DNA of 64,000 bases from an uncultured Poribacteria bacterium (lineage in GTDB: Bacteria; Poribacteria; WGA-4E; WGA-3G): NCBI GenBank assembly GCA_958296135.2, contig CATQHZ020000001.1, positions 352,001-416,000 on the forward strand, read 5' to 3'. A program made the position numbers and the translations under genes. The notes under the pieces are model-generated. The model did no database searches and was not told where the DNA came from. It saw only the letters and a list, made by a program, of their open reading frames with translations. This document shows positions 20,901 to 30,519 of this stretch, one piece after another (the first letter of the stretch is position 1; each line of letters opens with the position of its first letter).

Positions 20901-21985
20901 GCCATCGTGCCGCGCCTGCCGACAGCAATGGCGCGGTTCGCATCGGTAAATTGGACATTCTGCAGGTCATTCGCCGTAGTGCCGCTGGTTATCGTCCACG
21001 TCGCGCCGGCATCTTCGGTGTGCAAAATCGTGCCGTACCAGCCGACGGCCCACGCCTCTTTGCGGGAAGTCCACTGCACCGCGGTGAGATTATTTTCGGT
21101 GCCGCTCTCGATTAACTGCCAATTGTCGCCGCCATCTTCGGTGCGCGTGATAAACCCGACATCCGCGACAGCGATGCCGTAATTCTCATCGGTGAAGTGG
21201 ATGCTGTTGACAGTATCGCGGACATGTCCGTTGATGAGGGGGATGCGGCTATCTTGGCGTTCCCAGTTCGCGCCGCCGGTGGTAGTGTGAAAAATAGAGC
21301 CATCGCTGCCAGCAAGCCAGCCTTCATTCTCACTAATGAAGAAGATTTTTTTGTTATCGTTAATCATCCGGTCGCGTTCGCCTTCAAAGCGGTTGCTCTG
21401 CTCGCGCCATTCTTTGCCAGCGGTTTCAGTATGAAAAATCCGGTCATATTCGCCGACAACCCATCCGCGCGAATCGTCCACGAACCAGATGCCGTTGAGC
21501 GGGAATTCGCTGACATATTCGTAGCGTTTCCATTCCTTCCCGCCGTTTTCGGTATAAAGCACATCAGCATCTTCACCGACGATCCAACCCTCTTTAGAAT
21601 TGGCGAAGAAGACATCTCGGAGCATGGCGTATGTTCCACTGCGCTGCAGCGTCCAATGTCGCCCTCCGTCATCCGTCGTGGCGATGAGGCCCTCGTCCCC
21701 GACAGCCCATCCATACTGCGCGTTGGTAAAATAGACTGCCTTGAAATCGCCGGTTACGTCAACTTCTTGTTTTTGCCACGTTTTTCCACCATCTTTCGTA
21801 TGGATGATGAGGCCTTCCAATCCGACGCTCCACCCCTGCTTCGCGTTGACGAAGTGGATATCGGTAAAGTGCGTCTCCCAGTCTGCCTTCCGCGTTGCTT
21901 CTCTCCGCACGCATCCATTGAGAAGAGTCAGCGCGCAAATGAGAAGCACGATGGCTAGAGGCGTTGCATAGTTCTTAGTTTTCAT
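17951..21985 (-). CDS. large YCF48-like/BNR (Asp-box) repeat beta-propeller lipoprotein, 1344 aa
   Basis: Dozens of F.D...GWAVG..G.I.HT.DGG.TW repeats; lipobox LNGC; ATG 21985. Confidence 0.92.
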   Translation of the reverse strand: MKTKNYATPLAIVLLICALTLLNGCVRREATRKADWETHFTDIHFVNAKQGWSVGLEGLIIHTKDGGKTWQKQEVDVTGDFKAVYFTNAQYGWAVGDEGLIATTDDGGRHWTLQRSGTYAMLRDVFFANSKEGWIVGEDADVLYTENGGKEWKRYEYVSEFPLNGIWFVDDSRGWVVGEYDRIFHTETAGKEWREQSNRFEGERDRMINDNKKIFFISENEGWLAGSDGSIFHTTTGGANWERQDSRIPLINGHVRDTVNSIHFTDENYGIAVADVGFITRTEDGGDNWQLIESGTENNLTAVQWTSRKEAWAVGWYGTILHTEDAGATWTITSGTTANDLQNVQFTDANRAIAVGRRGTMAMSNDGGQTWNELDTDIWDGIWSIYFATDKHGWAVGERGLIVHTNDGGANWERQFGGGGYTLRSVHFMSPKKGWIVGDLSTILHTADGGETWVQQTPGEFHMLKGVYFLNDKRGWAIGWPGICLTTRDGGLTWSHQTTGTYNELYAVYFADENTGWIVGQFGEILFTKNGGAKWNFQRSGTQENLNKLYFADTQHGLIVGDNGMMLTTTNGGAKWELQESGTDNDLYGLALSPQGVVAVGKGGIAMRYSVEEAELPAKLPPVAEEVAEAETEEEPLEPVVYHWDIIRQATWQTNFSDTYFVDAQHGWAVGSSGVIAHTMDGGQTWLPQHSGVSENLRQVEFVDDKHGWIFGSGVLLRTENAGKTWQVVRKTLQNLRRISTVQFLNPQEGWLGADIGQTLHTTDGGKTWKLQKTGTTMQAITDIHFINSQEGWAVTPQRRDGGFILHTIDGGDYWKIQAKTNQAGVAVHFADTTNGWVILGNGNSLLTTDGGKTWKLRTAKSGARGIRRVTFRSHTDAWAFGAGGNAFITDSQGENWKAIPVSIPGQVLAMGQPENASDNVARGPVPRDSAASEESEGPTLQYDEDPAEAIQNQLRTQTQLPGRFAPEGELPSDNAQRNRDREDPPTANRDQEVSPPEPQRRRRGGQDIASVYFLDAQQAWAVGSAGKIYHTADGGQTWERQLGEAQVDNFRDVLFYDEQNGWIAGDNGVLLETQDGGQNWKSLRGQTRQRLIGVHFTSLEPKWGWAMQRDGTVLYTTDGQTWTAGDTPERPPFMEGDPPRSFAMNAIDFGKFSEGWAAGSDGQIIHNKDGGPTWTPQRTTTGKDLVHIDMKFAPLGWAVGHSGIIQRTINGGEYWRFHETQTGYDLNAVSFIAKRKGWAVGLHGIVLKTTDGGFTWEAKSSGTTKTLHGILALSEEELYVVGEKGMILHSTDGGETWEQEHTDIDNALYVITRAKDGSALWVVGQWGIVLRRKLEKPERVTMR

Positions 21986-22254
21986 TTGTTCTCTCCGTTC
22001 TGTTAACCCGTGGGCGCGGTTTGGAACCGCGCCCACGGGATTCGTTCAGCGTCAGTCCTTAAGCGGCGTGCTGCGGGACAGGCCATCAATCTACATTGCA
22101 ATTCGTTCGGCGTGCCGGACTCGGACATCGCTCTCTGCTTCTTGGCGGCCCTCCATCTTGCCGCGAATCCAGCCTATCTCGCGTTCTATCGATTCAAAAT
22201 GCTGCTGCGTCTCAGTTCGTCCGGTCGGAGGGTAGGCACCGCACTACATAACCT

Positions 22255-22430
22255 ATGAGAATCTCGTCAAAGGTAGACTTATCTGGAAACCTGTGCAAAG
22301 TCTACGAGTCTCTGAGAGGTTAGCGGTTTCCTGCTTCTTCCGCGCACACGCGGGTTCTGATGCCAGCCTACCCAAGTAGGTGTTACAGCATCTCCACAGG
22401 CGTTTAGACTCTCGTCCGTGCTAGACGCGA
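22255..22430 (-). ncRNA. predicted TnpB omega/reRNA overlapping the tnpB 3' end (boundaries approximate)
   Basis: Usual position for TnpB RNAs; GAAGCAGGAA motif and GTAGACTT..AAGTCTAC stem. Confidence 0.5.
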
Positions 22431-23514
22431 GTTGTCGAAGGTTTATAGCGGCGTTAACATCCCGATCTTCAACGAATCCACACACGCCGCAGTGGTATTC
22501 TCTGTCCTTGAGCGTCAGTTTGAATTCGCCACGTTTGACGTAGCCACAAGAACTGCATCGCTGTGTTGACGGCCAGAACTCATCTGCTGACACAATACGG
22601 ATACCCCGGCGCACCGCTTTGTATTTAAGTTTGACGAGAAAACCACCGAGGCTTGCGTCAGCGAGTGCCTTGCTAAGCTTGCGATTTTTCATCAAACCTT
22701 TCACGGTGAGGCTCTCGATGCCAAGCACTGAAATGCCTTTCAGAATGCGATGTGTCGCCTGATGATGGGCATCGGTTCGCACATTGGCGATACGGGCATG
22801 CAGGCGGGCGAGGCGTTCCTTCGCCTTCCACCAATTCCGACTAAGAAACGTTTTTCTAGCGAGTGCCTTATTTGCACGGCGTAGTTTGCGTTCATTGACG
22901 CGCAAGGCACGCGGATTTTCATAGACAGTGCCATCGTCCATCGTGGCGAGGGCAGAGATGCCGACATCACAACCTGCAGGGGGCAGTGCTGACGTGTCGG
23001 GCGGTTCCGGGACATCAACTTCGACGAGGATGCTGATAAACCAGGTGCTGGTTTCCTTTCGCGATACGAAGGCGCGGCGAATCTCGCCAACATAGCGTGG
23101 TTTCTCTCGCAACCTCACATGCCCTATTTTCGGGAGGACAGCAGCGTTACCATCCGCCGTGATACGGACACTGCCAACGCCGTTGTCAATTTGGAACGAC
23201 GGATACCTTGATTTATGCGTCTTCCGCTTGGGACGATTGTTCTGTCCGGACTTCCAACGTTGGCGAGCATCGTCAAAGGCGTGGATAGCATTCTTACCGG
23301 CGTTCTGCGAGCAGTCCGCGAATTCGGGGAACACGTCCCGTTTGCGGGCATTGAATGCCTTCTTAATGTCGTAGACAGACATCCAACGCGCTGCGTCACG
23401 GGATTCCGAGTGCGCCGCATTATATGCAACACGGGCGAAATCCACGTGACGACAGAACATCGCAACTGGTTCCTCGCTAGGGTTGAGTGCTATCTTCTGG
23501 GCTCGTAGTGCCAT
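22279..23514 (-). mobile_element. tnpB: solo TnpB RNA-guided endonuclease (IS200/IS605/IS607 type), no TnpA
   Basis: RuvC I GCDVG, RuvC II GIESL, zinc ribbon CSSCG/CGVCG, RuvC III DRDVNAAINL, ESLNACG tail. Confidence 0.93.
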
Positions 23515-23557
23515 CGGAGTCACCGTTCCCGTTGGGTGTCACCTGCTGCTAGATAGG

Positions 23558-23645
23558 TGGGGCGAGAGACACGGCGGGAAGCCGCACTTAGCCGTCTCGC
23601 CCCCAACGGTAACTACATTCTACCACAAATCCACGGCGACTGCAA
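23558..23645 (-). promoter_or_regulatory. tnpB promoter plus strong 5' leader hairpin
   Basis: TTGCAG-17-TAGAAT (23645-23617); stem GGGGCGAGA...TCTCGCCCC. Confidence 0.65.
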
Positions 23646-23739
23646 ATAAAAATGCACACGGCTAGATTCGGGCAGGTACGCCTAGTATCTCATAGAGTTA
23701 TCGCCACTGCACCGAGCCCTAGAGATGCGTCAATTCTGC

Positions 23740-24609
23740 TCAATACCCGCTGTCGCCACCGAAAAAACCTGACAGTGCAACCGCAATGCCTATCGCGATG
23801 ACTACCGGCAGCGCGACGAGTGCTATCTGGACAGACGCAGATTTCCGCCTGCCTACCCAGGCCATCGCAGGCGAAACGGTTAACAAAATTGCGCTCACCG
23901 CTGGAACTTCCGCATAGAAATAGCCGTTTAACCACAACCCCACAAGTAAGAATGCCACACCCATCGATGCAGCCGGCAGAAAGAGCTCGGGAAGGGAGGC
24001 AGCCTTGCCAGAAATTCGCGGGAAGATGAGCATAGCCATCCACACAGAGGCGAGCATTGCGACTAAAATTCCCGCGTGTTGCGCAAGCCGCAGGCTCCCC
24101 GAAAACGCGAGGATGAGCGCGCTGCCGCCCGCTATGCCGAAAAGCACGAATGGCCGAGAGGCACCTTTAGGTAAGAGATCGATGCCTTTCTCTGCCACCA
24201 GCCAGAAAAAGAAAATCGCCAGCGTGAGACATACCCACCAGATGAGTCCTTCAAGATTCCCCCACGTATATTTAAACGTCGCGTTGAGGATAAGCCGCGG
24301 GATAACGACAGCGAGCGCGAGATGCACGAACAAGCGGGCCCGGGGCGGCATCCACCGAACGCCTTCAATAGCAATCGCGGCAAGCGCAAGGTAGAAAATC
24401 CAATGGAGCCCTTCCTTCGGCGGAAGCGGCATTTTGCCTTCTAGTCCAAGATACCCAACGATGTATCCGCTTCCTATTGCAAGCGCGGCGAGGTGCGCTC
24501 GGACATTTGAGCCTTCGGATTGCGGCCAGAGGGACGCACCTGCAAAAATGCCGCCGCAGACGATGGCTGGCAAAATCAGACTAAAGAAGATAGCGGTGAA
24601 AGAGAGCAT
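23740..24609 (-). CDS. hypothetical multi-pass membrane protein
   Basis: About 9-10 hydrophobic segments. Confidence 0.8.
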   Translation of the reverse strand: MLSFTAIFFSLILPAIVCGGIFAGASLWPQSEGSNVRAHLAALAIGSGYIVGYLGLEGKMPLPPKEGLHWIFYLALAAIAIEGVRWMPPRARLFVHLALAVVIPRLILNATFKYTWGNLEGLIWWVCLTLAIFFFWLVAEKGIDLLPKGASRPFVLFGIAGGSALILAFSGSLRLAQHAGILVAMLASVWMAMLIFPRISGKAASLPELFLPAASMGVAFLLVGLWLNGYFYAEVPAVSAILLTVSPAMAWVGRRKSASVQIALVALPVVIAIGIAVALSGFFGGDSGY

Positions 24610-24640
24610 TGCTCGCTGTCCTTTTTTGAACGGAGAACGC

Positions 24641-25216
24641 CTATTTTTTCATCCCTTCAACGCTCACCGTGATGCGGATGTCGTCGCTGACAGCACCTAT
24701 GCCGTAGGCCATTCCGAAATCGGTTCGTTTGATGTTAAAGGTTGTCTCAAAACCGATGATGGCTGTCCCTTGTGGGTTCTTCCCTTTCCCGGTCATTTCC
24801 ACCTCAACCGTTACGGATTTCTTCACGCCGTGCAGCTCAAGCTCGCCTGTCACTTCTAGCGTATCCTCGTCTACCTTCTTAACTTCTGTGCTTTTGAAGG
24901 TAATGACAGGGAATTGCTTAGCATTGAAGAAATCGGGGCTTCTGAGGTGCTGGTCGCGTTTTTCGTTCCCGGTGTCAACACTCGCCGCCTTGACTTCAAG
25001 TTCTATCCTGCTATTCGCAGCGTCGGTTTCGTCGATGGCGAGTTTGCCCGAAAATTCGTTAAACCTTCCGTAGTTGTAACTCACACCCATGTGTTTGGCA
25101 CGGAAGATAATCATTGAATGCGAGGCATCAACTTCATAGGTATCCGCCGCATCCGCCAATTGTAACACGCCTGTCATCCCGATGAGCAGGAGCAGGCAGA
25201 GAAAAATGGTTCTCAT
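24641..25216 (-). CDS. yceI: YceI-family polyisoprenoid-binding protein
   Basis: Signal peptide; SVDTGNEKRDQHLRSPDFF; KRTDFG. Confidence 0.92.
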   Translation of the reverse strand: MRTIFLCLLLLIGMTGVLQLADAADTYEVDASHSMIIFRAKHMGVSYNYGRFNEFSGKLAIDETDAANSRIELEVKAASVDTGNEKRDQHLRSPDFFNAKQFPVITFKSTEVKKVDEDTLEVTGELELHGVKKSVTVEVEMTGKGKNPQGTAIIGFETTFNIKRTDFGMAYGIGAVSDDIRITVSVEGMKK

Positions 25217-25335
25217 AGTAAGTCTCCTTTTTGTAGTGGTTGAAACAAGATACCCTATTTTCGCAGATATGTCAAGGAAAAAAGACGACTGTAAGGGCGG
25301 ATGTCTCTATCCGCCCGCAGCGCGCATCCATGCGC

Positions 25336-26685
25336 TTAAACCAGCCAAAACACCAGCACGCCAAATATCGGCAGTAACGCCACCAAGATTTTCGCCTCCA
25401 GTAGGTAACGTTTATAGCGGAGGATAGAGGCACTGCCTTCTATTACCTTGTCTATGAAATTGATTCGCCGGAAAATCGATGGATGCGTGTTGAAAAGTTC
25501 AAAGAACCGCCGAATGGATGCCGGCAGCGCGTTCAGCACGGCCAGTTTCAGCAACGCTTCTTTGAACGCCGCCGATTTGCCTGTCAACTCAACGGCATAC
25601 AAATCTGCCTGATGTTCAAACCGTCGCGACAGATACCGGAAGATAAACACGAAATAGAGGATAAAAAATACCAGCCAGCATAAAGTGAGGAGCATCGGTA
25701 CATCCGCTAGCAGCGGTGTAAGCGGTTCCTCAACAAACCGATAAAAGAGCCCGGCACTCAACATATAGATGACTGAAAACAGCACATACGTCGGAATGTG
25801 TCTGTAACGGATATGTCCCAGTTCGTGCGCGACTACCGTCTCAATCTCGTCTTCTGTGAAGTAGTAGAGGAGTACATCCGTTAAAAAGATGCGGCGGTTC
25901 CACAGCGCGGTGCCGGCTACGGCGGCGTTTGCGATGGAGAGGGAGCCAGTTTTCCAGACGACTATCTCCCGATACTTGACACCGCTCTGTTTTGTTAACC
26001 GTTCCAACTTCTGCTTCAATGGCCCCGCCGGTAAGGGCTCGGATTTCCACAGAAATTGCACGAACAGCGGCGCGAACAGATACACAAACACCAATGCCGG
26101 TAGCAGAACCACCCCGATTAAAATCCACTCATGCGTCACGAGGAAATACTGCATCCGATACGGAAGCACTAACAGCACGTCGTGGGTAAAGAAATAGATA
26201 AACATCGGGACTACCGGGAATAGCAGCAGCTTGAACTGAAGGCTGAGAAGTTCCCGATAACGCACCTGCCCACTCCGATTGACTTGATAGAACGCGAACC
26301 GTATCGAGACTAACCCGATGACAAGCGGGACCAGGGCCACCGCATACTGCAGCGTCTGCGTCGGGAAGACGGTGATATATTGCTCAATGAGTCCCGGCAG
26401 ATTCAGCAGATATAGGTTGCCTAAATACGCCACTAAACTCAGACACTCAAAAATGACTATCAGGCGTTTGAGAGTGTGGAGTTTCGGGAGGTTATCCTCC
26501 ACGTCTGCGGGGAATACGCGGCTGGCACACACCGTTACACAATACGCGAGAAAGGCGGGTGCCACGGTAAGCGCGAACGTCCAGAGCAGCCGTTGCGCGA
26601 TACCGAGCGTGATGTCTGTCTCCGGCTGTTCAAAGTTTAAGAGGAAGAGCATCCCCGCGAGTAAAATAATGCTTATCTGTCCCAT
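25336..26685 (-). CDS. M48-family (Ste24/HtpX-like) membrane zinc protease
   Basis: ANAAV, AHELGH, RRFEHQAD, THPS. Confidence 0.9.
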   Translation of the reverse strand: MGQISIILLAGMLFLLNFEQPETDITLGIAQRLLWTFALTVAPAFLAYCVTVCASRVFPADVEDNLPKLHTLKRLIVIFECLSLVAYLGNLYLLNLPGLIEQYITVFPTQTLQYAVALVPLVIGLVSIRFAFYQVNRSGQVRYRELLSLQFKLLLFPVVPMFIYFFTHDVLLVLPYRMQYFLVTHEWILIGVVLLPALVFVYLFAPLFVQFLWKSEPLPAGPLKQKLERLTKQSGVKYREIVVWKTGSLSIANAAVAGTALWNRRIFLTDVLLYYFTEDEIETVVAHELGHIRYRHIPTYVLFSVIYMLSAGLFYRFVEEPLTPLLADVPMLLTLCWLVFFILYFVFIFRYLSRRFEHQADLYAVELTGKSAAFKEALLKLAVLNALPASIRRFFELFNTHPSIFRRINFIDKVIEGSASILRYKRYLLEAKILVALLPIFGVLVFWLV

Positions 26686-26788
26686 TCTGTCCTCGTCTTC
26701 TGGGTTTGCAACAAACCCAATCATCGTTTGTGTGGCATGTCCCCGGTAACAGACGCTCGTGCAACCGCGGGGTAGCAATCCTTTCCGT

Positions 26789-26845
26789 GACTTACGCAAA
26801 CTCCTAAAACGTATGTCCGGTAAGGGTTTGTTCCGCGTAAGTCCT
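26789..26845. mobile_element. minimal MITE with (AG)GACTTACGCA terminal inverted repeats
   Basis: GACTTACGC...GCGTAAGTCCT; same TIR near 39382, 50128 and 53040/53258. Confidence 0.55.
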
Positions 26846-26920
26846 AATTGTTATATTTTACCGTATCTCATCCGAAAAATCAACGAAATTTTACGCGTCA
26901 CATTCGTTTATAAAAAATGT

Positions 26921-26950
26921 TTGACATTTTTTCGCAAAACATGGTATAAT
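26921..26950 (+). promoter_or_regulatory. sigma70 promoter
   Basis: TTGACA-18-TATAAT with TG. Confidence 0.75.
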
Positions 26951-27234
26951 AAATAGAAAAATCGCCTATTGTTGTCCCTCAAACTGTAGGAAGAGCGTCT
27001 CGCCTTTGACGTGCAGCCTTTTCCAAAGCTCGCGGATGGCGTGTGACGCGCATCATTTGTTCCTACTCAGCGGGATTCGCATAGATAACAGGACTGACGC
27101 AAAAATCCACGTTACTGGAGTGCGCGCTCCCAAAACGCGCCTACGCGGAAAGTGCAGTCCACGATAATTTTGCATACGATTCGTCCCGATACCGAGGCTT
27201 TTAATCGGAACACGGGGCATAACCGGAGGAATCC

Positions 27235-28110
27235 ATGAAAACTAGAACCGCTTTCACGTTGATAACTCTCTTGGGCATCGCCCTGGTCATCACTGGCTGT
27301 GGCAAACTGGACCAGGAGGAGTTTGAAATGTGGCAGAACGAGCATGTCTCACAGGTGGAGAAAACCAACGCCGAGATGTCCAACAAGATTACCATGTTAG
27401 ACACCAAAGTCGATGGGCAGAAGATGGCACTGATGGAGGACATTTCCGAGGCAAAGGATGAGGCGATTGCCGCCTCCCAGCAAGGCGATGCCGATACCAT
27501 TGCCGCCGCCATGCAAAACGCGAAGGAGCTTGACGCGAAACTTCGCGCAGACCTGACTGAGACTGTTGAAATGCAGTCCGAAAAAGCCATGAAGCTCGCC
27601 AAAGAGGGCGATGCTGAACTCGAGAAGCAGCTCATGGCGGAATCCAAAGCCACTGAGGCACAGGCGGATGAGATTAAGCAGCTCAGAGCCAAAGTCATGG
27701 CGTTGGAAGATAAGGTCGAAGAGGTGGAGATGGAAGTCGCCGCGAAGCCGATGCTGCTCACTACTGTCCAATTCGCCAGTGGGCAAACGGGGCTCTCCAG
27801 CAAGGCAAAATCGATGCTTGATGAGATTGTTGAGCAGCTGATGTCCGAATCAGATGCGACGATCCAAGTTATCGGGCATTCGGATGGCGCGCCAGTGCTG
27901 CGGGGCACATATCGCAGCAACTGGGATCTATCTCAGGCGCGTGCAAATGCCGCCGCCAAATACCTGAAATCGAAGGGCATTGATGCCGGCAGAATCGAAG
28001 CAGTCGGCAAAGCGCACACCGATCCGGTTGCACCACAGAATACTTCTGCCGGTAGAGCGATGAATCGGCGTGTAGAAGTCATTTTGCTGCCCCTGGGCGC
28101 GATGATGTAG
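27235..28110 (+). CDS. lipoprotein with coiled coil and OmpA/MotB peptidoglycan-binding domain
   Basis: Lipobox ITGC; GHSD, NWDLSQARA, NRRVEV. Confidence 0.9.
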   Translation: MKTRTAFTLITLLGIALVITGCGKLDQEEFEMWQNEHVSQVEKTNAEMSNKITMLDTKVDGQKMALMEDISEAKDEAIAASQQGDADTIAAAMQNAKELDAKLRADLTETVEMQSEKAMKLAKEGDAELEKQLMAESKATEAQADEIKQLRAKVMALEDKVEEVEMEVAAKPMLLTTVQFASGQTGLSSKAKSMLDEIVEQLMSESDATIQVIGHSDGAPVLRGTYRSNWDLSQARANAAAKYLKSKGIDAGRIEAVGKAHTDPVAPQNTSAGRAMNRRVEVILLPLGAMM

Positions 28111-28241
28111 GTTCCCCGTATGGCGAGGGAAACCTGTCTCTCGCCATGCTCTCATCTTGTAAGGGCGGATGTCCATATCCGCCCGCGCGTTTCATTATAA
28201 CGGCGGATGTCGATATCCGTCCCACCGAGGAGAACGCAGCC

Positions 28242-28928
28242 ATGCGTCTTATCTTAGTCGGATGCTTGCTAATGCTACTCATTCCCAGCTCGTTACTGGC
28301 AGAATCCCCCGATGCCGCTGCTGTCCGGCCGTCACCTGTCTTACGGACGTTTTTCGCGAAGCATTTCCGATTTTCATCCGTGCAAGCCTCCCTCTTCTCA
28401 TACAAACCGGAGCTCGGCAATTTAACCGATGTCCTGCGAAACGCTGGGGTGTCCGAAATCCCGGCGGTTTTGATGCCGATAGTATCCGTTGTTTTTTCGC
28501 ACACAGTTGAGTTAGATTCCCGGCTGGAAATCGGTTATTGGCAGATGCAGCTGGACATTCCGCCGCCCACATCAGCGACGCTCACAACGACGCTAGTGCC
28601 AGTTTCGTATCAGCTGCTCTATCGGCCCGTGCTGCTATCGGAATTCGTGCCGGTTTATTTCGGGGGCGGCATCGGCTTTCTCGGCGCGAATTTCGGCGGC
28701 AGCGCGATTCCCCTTATTAGTCAACAAGGCATCTCATTTGATGGCAGCTCTTCGGGGTTAACCGGATACGTTGTCCTCGGTGCTGAACTGTTTCGCTGGG
28801 AGGACACTCTGGCTTTTCATTTAGAGTTAAAGCGAGTTCTCAAGACGGTAGAAACGACGGGGGATGTGCCGCTCAACGTGATTCTAGATGGCACTGCGAT
28901 TGGGCTCGGGGTCAGCATGTGGTTTTAG
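28242..28928 (+). CDS. probable outer-membrane beta-barrel protein
   Basis: Signal peptide; alternating beta strands; terminal aromatic GVSMWF. Confidence 0.7.
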   Translation: MRLILVGCLLMLLIPSSLLAESPDAAAVRPSPVLRTFFAKHFRFSSVQASLFSYKPELGNLTDVLRNAGVSEIPAVLMPIVSVVFSHTVELDSRLEIGYWQMQLDIPPPTSATLTTTLVPVSYQLLYRPVLLSEFVPVYFGGGIGFLGANFGGSAIPLISQQGISFDGSSSGLTGYVVLGAELFRWEDTLAFHLELKRVLKTVETTGDVPLNVILDGTAIGLGVSMWF

Positions 28929-28938
28929 CGGCATTGTT

Positions 28939-30456
28939 GTGAACTATACAAAAACCGTGAAACATGGCAAACACATTCTCCCCATTCTCCTCTGCATCGG
29001 GCTTGGCGCAATCATCGGACGCTACGCTGGTACACCACTCCCACTCCTCTGCCTGCTCGCCGTGACAGGCACCTTTGTCTTCATTGACATGGAACTCGCT
29101 GTCTATGTGCTGTTAATCGCGCTCCCGTTTTCATTCCGTTACATCCTGCCAGGCCGCTTTGAAATTCAGACACCGACAGAACCGCTGTTAGGCATGCTGG
29201 TCGCGGTTTACTGGGTGAAAAAGAGTGTCGCGTTCTCGCAAGAAAAGCGCGATGCCAAAGCGCGCCTACCGGTAGCAGAAACGTTTCCATTCCTCGCGCC
29301 GCTCTGTGGCTATATTTTTATTACGTTCCTATCCGCAATCAACACACCAGACCTGCTCGGAACCCTCAAGGGTGCGACGCGCGCGACTGCCTATATGATG
29401 TTCAGTTTGGTGGTGTATGCGGTGTTTAGTCCGCGGGCCATCGGGATGTTGAGGGACAGGCCCTCAACCTACAGAATTGGGAACGTGTTGGGGGACAGGC
29501 CCTCAACCTACGGAGTGAGGAAGTTGAAGCGGCTCTTAATCGCCACCTTTCCCGCCGCTGCCATCGCCGTTATCTGGACGATCTTCGTCCTTATCTACCA
29601 CATTGACGAGTGGCAGTGGACAAGCGCGTATCGGCATGCACCGTTTACCAACTACTCCGTTTACGGCTCCTTCACAGCCGTATTTTTCTTAATCTGTCTC
29701 AGCCGACTGCTCTTTGATACTACGCCTTACGATAAGGTGCTGTGGTTCGGATGGTTCGCCTGCTTCGCGCTTGGGCTCATTATGTGCTTTTCGAGAGGCG
29801 TGTGGCTTTCGGTTATCGTTGCAGTGGGGTTTATGTTGTTGCAAGTCGGCAATCGCAACAAGGAGAACGCGCGGACAAGTGGCGTGACGCAGAAAAAGAT
29901 TCTGTTCCTCGGAGCCGCCTGCCTAATATTATTGGTATGCCTCAATCTGCCGGGTGTTTACAGCATCGTCATTGAACGGATTGCCACCACGGTGGACACT
30001 AGTTATGCCTCAAATCAGGCGCGGCTCCTCCGATGGGCACAAGCGGTGACGATTTTCCTTGAAAACCCCATTTTGGGCAAAGGTTACGGGGCGTTCGCCA
30101 TGCTTTACGAGGAAGATGTCGCGCTCGTGGGAACATACACGGCGCAGTTTCAACTCGGCGCGCACAGCGAATATCTGCAGATACTTGCGGAATTAGGCAT
30201 TATTGGCTTCATCGCATGGATATGGCTCAACCTCGCTTTCTTAAGATACGGGTTTCGCGCACTCAAACGGATGAACAGCCAGGCAGACAGCTTTTACCGT
30301 GCCACCGTCATCGGGCTCATGGCGGCAGAAATCTCGCTGATGGTGCATTTTATCGTAAACAACCTCCTAAACGGCGATGCCATCGGCATTCCGTTCTGGG
30401 GCATTTATGGACTATTGCCGGCTGTCGTGCAGATGCACGCGCGGCAGAAGGAATAA
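28939..30456 (+). CDS. O-antigen ligase/Wzy_C family membrane protein
   Basis: FSRGVW, NPILGKGYG, AHSEYLQILAELGIIG; start uncertain. Confidence 0.88.
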   Translation: MNYTKTVKHGKHILPILLCIGLGAIIGRYAGTPLPLLCLLAVTGTFVFIDMELAVYVLLIALPFSFRYILPGRFEIQTPTEPLLGMLVAVYWVKKSVAFSQEKRDAKARLPVAETFPFLAPLCGYIFITFLSAINTPDLLGTLKGATRATAYMMFSLVVYAVFSPRAIGMLRDRPSTYRIGNVLGDRPSTYGVRKLKRLLIATFPAAAIAVIWTIFVLIYHIDEWQWTSAYRHAPFTNYSVYGSFTAVFFLICLSRLLFDTTPYDKVLWFGWFACFALGLIMCFSRGVWLSVIVAVGFMLLQVGNRNKENARTSGVTQKKILFLGAACLILLVCLNLPGVYSIVIERIATTVDTSYASNQARLLRWAQAVTIFLENPILGKGYGAFAMLYEEDVALVGTYTAQFQLGAHSEYLQILAELGIIGFIAWIWLNLAFLRYGFRALKRMNSQADSFYRATVIGLMAAEISLMVHFIVNNLLNGDAIGIPFWGIYGLLPAVVQMHARQKE

Positions 30457-30519
30457 ACGAACCCCATCGGCGCGGTTGCAAATCGCGTCTACCGAACGGG
30501 GAGTATTGAGGAGACATTT

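Noticed and set aside
19712-21115. 467-aa plus-strand ORF and other long antisense ORFs
   Set aside because: Shadow frames of real genes on the opposite strand
22279-23514. Nuclease-dead TldR-type repressor or Cas12f
   Set aside because: The RuvC D/E/D residues are intact and there is no CRISPR array
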